This document shows positions 58,371 to 64,000 of a stretch of DNA of 64,000 nucleotides, piece after piece (within the stretch, counting starts at the first letter, position 1; each line of letters starts with the position of its first letter). Made by a program: the position numbers and the translations under genes. Origin of the DNA: Anthoceros angustus (lineage: Eukaryota; Plantae; Anthocerotophyta); the NCBI GenBank assembly GCA_010909165.1, contig MU008166.1:868001-932000 (forward strand), written 5' to 3'. The notes under the pieces were generated by a model, which was not told the origin of the DNA, did no database searches, and saw nothing but the letters and a program-made list of their open reading frames with translations.

Positions 58371-61220
58371 CCTCCTCAAGGATAAATCCTTAATTGTTCA
58401 AACTCTCAAGGTTCGGAAGTACAATGGGATGCAAGTAGGCTATCTCTTCGCTCCATTCACCTTGGGAAGGTATGGGCTATGGCTAAGGACTTTGATAAAT
58501 TTATCGAGTCCTCTACCAAAGCTTACCATGCTCGTAGGCATGATGTAGCACGGTCCCTTTCTTTTTTTATGCCATTCTTTCGTTAGCGCGTATCTATTGC
58601 CCTCCCATGCGCACTCCCAACGATGATCCTTCAAACGGCAATGAGGGCAGGTGACGCAGCCTCCTTTTCCTCTGCAGCATCCTCCATCTTCCTCTATAGC
58701 ATCCTGCATCTTCATATGAAGTAGACTAGCTCTCTTTCTCTCTTCCTTTGTAGTTGCATGTTGTTTATTCTTCCTGCGTATGATATTATTGGTGCGATAG
58801 ATGACTTTAGATAGGAGCTTAGCTACATGTGACATTGTTGGCACAATAGATGACTTTAGGTTCTGAGTTTAGCTGCTCCTATTGTGTGACCCTCATGCCC
58901 GTACTGGATGGGCAATACCCATCATTGTTTTCCCCTCAATAATATCTTTACCTGCGATTTTTATGTTAGATACGGTTTCAGTTCGTACGAGAATCATGTC
59001 CACATATGTACGATATTTTTATATTGGATACGGTTTCAGTGCGAGCATATACACACGTATGACAGAAAAGGGATTTGTGCCAGAACTGACCACGCTCTCG
59101 ATATAGCAACTGGCTACTACCCGGAATATGCGTACCGCAGTATGGTACGAACATGCCTTGATGAGATATGGACATCACAGAAGTAACGGGTTCTGTTAAG
59201 GGACGGCCGACCAACAGACGGAGATGAACGGAGCTCGAAAATCGAGACTATCGGCCGCTCAAAGGTCGAGGCAAACAGGCACACGGCAGTGTTTCTACAG
59301 GAGGGGAAGGAGAAGCAGGATCTTGTAACAGACTCGGAATGAGTTAACGCAGGCGTTATCTGGTCTGAAGGCGATGGAAGGAGCCCTGGCTGTTGCCAAT
59401 TTGCTATGAGGATATAGGCACATGGCGAAGGCTCCGCATTGGGTATTGGGTCCCAGCCGCAACAAGGGCCAGGCTCCGGGAACCCCGGGCCTCACAACCA
59501 CCTGGTCCTAGTGCTCCGGCCTCGTTATCTGCAGTGCAGGGCAGAGGGCACTGGAGCAATGTGGCCCCGGGCCCCCTACTTGCCTCATTCAGCAGCTTTG
59601 AAGGGGTCAGCATTGAAGCATTGAAGTGGACCAGGACCAAGCTCGGCGTTACGCACTTGTGATCCGCAATCGGTACGAGTATCTCACACAATCAGAAGCG
59701 GGCAGAGGAGGAGGTATAGTGGCTAGGGCTGAGAAACTTGGATGGATGCAATGTTCGCGCGTAAACCCTTCTAGGTTCACAGCCCGGTCCGGTGAACCGC
59801 ATCTTGCAACTTGCCCTGACGCAGTTCAGCTCGGTGTCTGCCGAGGTGTTCTCATCTGGTCTGATGGACAGCATTTGACCACAAGCCCCCGACCGACGCT
59901 CACGTCAGAGGCAGGGCTCACGTCTTGCCGTGTGGCTGTATTACAGGATGTGCTACAGTGGTGAGTGGATTGGACTACATTGTGTGTACAGCATATGGGT
60001 ACCAGTTGCCCATGTACATATGTTTATGTGTCACATACCGTGTAGGCCACCAATGCGTTTGAATGAAACTATGAAGGCTGTGAGATGGTCAGGTCATGGT
60101 GGCCAGTGCTTCCGCCATCTCTGGGGCAGGGAGCATCTGTTTGGGAGCTGGAAGTATGGGATCTGATCATTGTTTATCGTAAGATACTGTCATGGCTTCC
60201 GACCACAGGAGGGTTTTCGGGGAGGGCGGCGGGAAGAGGTGGAATGTTGGGAAGGAAGTTGAAGGAACTCCGGGGACGACTGCTTGGGCAGCCTCCTGCA
60301 GGCTGCCAATACTGTTCAAAGGTGGAGGCAAAAGTATCACATGTGGGGCCTTCTGCTTTCTGCCCGATTTGTGTGGTGACTTAGGTTCGACACAAGGTAA
60401 ATACAGCCTGCTGTCAATCATTCAAGGTTGCTGGAACACGCTGGGTCTTGAGTCGCAATGTGGGCTAAAAATACAGGCTGCCTAAAGCAAAAAGCTCTGA
60501 ACACAGGGCTCGAGTCCCAGGATCCCAGAGAGGCTCTGCTATTTATAGGGTTGAGATGCTAAAGTGATGAGTCTGCTGCAGGGCGTTTCAACCTTCATCA
60601 ACGGCAAGTTTGGACGTGGCTTGCTTCGCTTCAGGCAAGTCGGAGGTGGAAGTCTGGAATCCTGGATAGATCGTAGCAGACTGGAAAAACAGGCATAACC
60701 CATGAACAGTAGGAGCCACTGCAGGCATCTGGAATCTGGACACGTGCCCATCGTATTGGAGGCTGCGGTTCTGCAGTCAGAACAAGCTCCAAGCAGCTTT
60801 CCAGCAGCTGATCCGAAATCCTGATGGGACTCTATTCGAAGGTGGAGGGCCTGGCCTACCAGGCCTTCCCATCAAGCCGTCCCCACCACTGCCGCCGTTC
60901 GTTCCCTCCTTGCTCCTTTTCAAGGCCTGGATGCAACACAGAGCTTCAGTTCTTCCAACAATCGCAGCAGGACTGTCTGAACAGCCCAGCCCTCCCTGCT
61001 GTGTGAGCCTCAGTGTCGGTGAAGCCATCTTTCTTGGTCTTCCGCATGCTGTCGTGCTCTCACAACTGGTTTGTAGTATTGTGCTAGCGTGCCTGAAGTA
61101 CTACTCATTTCCTAGTCAATCTGCCGGAGGCTGTTGCCGTTGTTGGAAAACTCCCTGCGCCTGTCTTCTATTTGCACAACATAAGATATATCCACAGGAG
61201 CTAGGATCAGAATCAGAGCA

Positions 61221-63632
61221 ATGTTTGTAAGCGTAGTTGAAGGGTCGCAGTCTGCTGGATGGCTTGCCACCACGGTTGCAGCAGTCACTGTGTGGTTGGC
61301 AGTAGCTTGCCTGCAGTGCTTCCTGCGTTTCCATGGTGTGATCGGCGATGGGGTCGCAAAGGTACTCCCCAGTGGCAGGAAGGTTGGGCTGCCTCCAGGC
61401 CGAATGGGCCTGCCCCTGGTTGGAGAAACCTTCCAGTTCGTCAGATCCATTCGGACTCGAGGCCTTCGGGACCAGTTCATCCTTCCTCGACGCCAACTGT
61501 AAGCTGCTTTCCTTCCTCAGGCTCTCGAATTCGCCTCCCTTCGCCTGGAATCCAGGATTGGTCATAGTTCCTCTCCCGACTTCATTATTTGTGCAGGAAT
61601 GGAGCCAAGGTCTTCAAGACGCATGCCATGGGTGTACCCATGGTGGTGGTGTCCGGCCCTGAGGCCCACAAGCTCGTTCTGGGCGGGGAATACACGAGAG
61701 TGGACACCATGCTCTTCAAGAGCATGAGAGACGTGCTGGGCGTTCGTAGTGTGGTGAATGCTGTAGGAGATGTGCACAAGTACCTTCGTCGCATGCTGGT
61801 CGACCCAATGGGGCCCCTCACCATGAAGAAAATCGCACCGAGGATCGAGGAATCCGTCATCCAGACCCTTCTGGACTGGGAGGCGAAGGGGGAGCTGTCA
61901 GCATATCAAGCTTCTCGCAAGGTGAGCTACCCACCCAGCCTGCCTCTGCCGAAGCCCCGCAACCATACCAGTGAAGCAACCAGTGCCAACTTGAAGGCTG
62001 AGCCATGATCGTTGCCTGCGCAGTTCACGTACGGCGTCATCCTGGATGTGCTCTTAAGCGTGAGATCGAAAGAAGGGTTCCAGAAATACTTCTCCAACAT
62101 CGAACGAGTCGTCCCCGGTGCGCACAACGTGCCGCTCATGATTCCGGGAACACCATACTACAAGGGCATGAAGGTTCGTGCCTTCACATCACTCCATACC
62201 CAGCCACAGCATGCGCTTCATCACCTGCAGCTTCTGCCCCTTCACATGGCCCCTCCTGTGAGTCCAGGCGCGGAAGGACATGCACGCAGCAATCGGCGCG
62301 GAGATTTCGTGGAGGAGGAAACTGGAGCAATGGCAGTGGCCCAAGGATGTGTTATCGCACATGATGGCAGCCGTAGACGAGGATGGCGGGAAGTTCTCCA
62401 TCGCCGACCTCAAAGACACGGTAGTGACCATGATGTTCGCAGGCTACGACACAACCTCCACAACCCTAGCATGCCTCATCGAATACGTGTACCGGCACCC
62501 GGACGTCCTCTGCCGACTCCAGGTACGCGCTCCTCCATCCCCCGGCGTCCTTGAAAATCCAGAGACGCAACCAATTTTCGTCAATCCCATCCACCATGTC
62601 TGCCTGCCTGCCTGCGCAGGAGGAGAACGACGCTCTCCGAGCGGAGCTAGGGCCGGAAGGAGCTCTCTCATGGGACGTCATCAAAGGCCCCCAGATGCGC
62701 TACACCCACATGGTCAGTCACGTTGTTGCCCCCGTCGTCTATGTGCCAATCTTATATAGCTGTACGATGCTACTTAGTTCATTCGAAATCTACTTGCATA
62801 CAGTTGTGGCCAATCCCAGTGGTAGTCGTGAGCCAGCAGCCATTACAAAAATCTTTGTCTGCTTCTTTTCTTCCTCTGTCACGACACTTTCTTCCACTTC
62901 AGTTCAATCTTCAGTCGTGAATACTCAACAATATTGCATCCTTGACCTTGCAGGTCATCCAAGAGGCCCAAAGGCACCTCAGCCTCGCTTACGCCATCCT
63001 AAGGGCTGCCAAGCACGACATGGAGTACGACGGTAATGTTTGTCACATACTGTGCATGACTATTTCATGCAGTAACGGTATCTCGGTGTCTCGTTCGGCT
63101 ACTGAGATGTCCCTTCCCCACTGCAGGCTTCCTTATCCCCAAAGGCTGGTATGTGCTGCTGGACGTGACTTCCACCCACCACGACCCCGCCATCTTTGAA
63201 AACCCCTCTCAATTCAACCCTTCCAGATTCGAGGTGGGTCAACTACCTCCCCTTGCGTCACTACGTATGTCTCTTCAGTGGGAGATATATATTTTTTTAC
63301 CTGCTCCGCACTGTGCCTGCAGAAAAAGCCACCTCCGTTTTCTTTCATTCCCTTCGGCCTGGGACCTCGAGCGTGTGCGGGGCAGGAGCTGGCCAGCGTG
63401 GAGCTCGTAATGTTCCTTCACCACCTTGTCACCAAATACAGGTATGGTTTTGCCTGATGCAGGTTTCTGGGCTGTATGAAGCAGACTCCGCACAGTTGTA
63501 CGATTGAATCGTTGGGTTGTTGTCTGCTGCAGCTGGGTGGTGACTGCTGAAGATCAAGGTATAGATTTCGGTCCTTCCGTCGGGAAGCCCAGGAACAAGG
63601 TGCCAATTCGGATTCAGCGACGTTGCCAGTAG
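61221..63632 (+). CDS. Cytochrome P450, CYP85 clan-like, 9 exons (61221-61498, 61597-61921, 62024-62173, 62268-62522, 62620-62712, 62954-63032, 63127-63233, 63323-63441, 63533-63632)
   Basis: TM anchor, [20 protein letters not shown]-helix AGYDTT, EAQR (ExxR), FNPSRF, heme motif [10 protein letters not shown]. Canonical splice sites. Confidence 0.92.
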
Positions 63633-64000
63633 GCAGCATTGGGGAGCTCTACTCCTGAGGTCCAGTCCAGCCTAGTGTAAATTAGTCAGATGGGTTGTAC
63701 ATCGCCACTTGTGTGACTTCTCCATTGAAATATACCACGTGTTTATTTGCGTGCTAGTGTACCTGTATCGAGGGATGGGGTGGAGTCTACTTGTACAAAA
63801 GGATGCTCCCAGCTGAGCACGGGTTATGGAATCCTGCTTTGTCCAATGCTCTGAAGAATGTTGTGCTCACGAACTTTGGAAACTGCTAGGCACATGCACA
63901 TGGGGCGCGAAACCAGCTTCTTCTTGAATTTAAAGAACCAGCTGATTGTGTCTGTAGCCATACGCAGGAACGGCACATTGTGGCATCGAATGGGCTGGCA

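Noticed and set aside
4279-63632. Biosynthetic gene cluster (HPT, ERG28, hydrolase, AAE, P450)
   Set aside because: The enzymes belong to unrelated pathways and compartments, are interspersed with housekeeping genes, and there is no scaffold synthase.

Overview
Eukaryotic nuclear DNA from a compact, gene-dense land-plant genome. The ~80-140 nt introns, several intronless genes and a PLS-class PPR with elongated L motifs suggest a seed-free plant such as a hornwort (inference). Host genes in order: SPT6-like with a GW/WG tail (5'-truncated), intronless HPT/VTE2, intronless DCP2, multi-exon PRL1, a CAP/kinectin-like coiled-coil gene, ERG28, a secreted alpha/beta-hydrolase, intronless PFP alpha, a divergent PLATZ ORF, a peroxisomal AAE, a PLS-E+ PPR, a small plastid-type membrane protein, intronless phytepsin and a CYP85-clan P450. 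The most notable gene appears to fuse ASC-1/TRIP4 (zf-C2HC5) in one reading frame to an intact ALKBH1-type 2OG-Fe(II) dioxygenase. A TE island at ~32.3-47.1 kb holds a foldback repeat, Ty3/gypsy remnants and a Ty1/copia element. The copia has non-canonical AGTT...AACT LTR ends and an extra 5' ORF, and is nested in a CRE-like RLE non-LTR element. Two kb-scale tandem duplications are also present. Family assignments come from motif recognition by eye; no searches were run.
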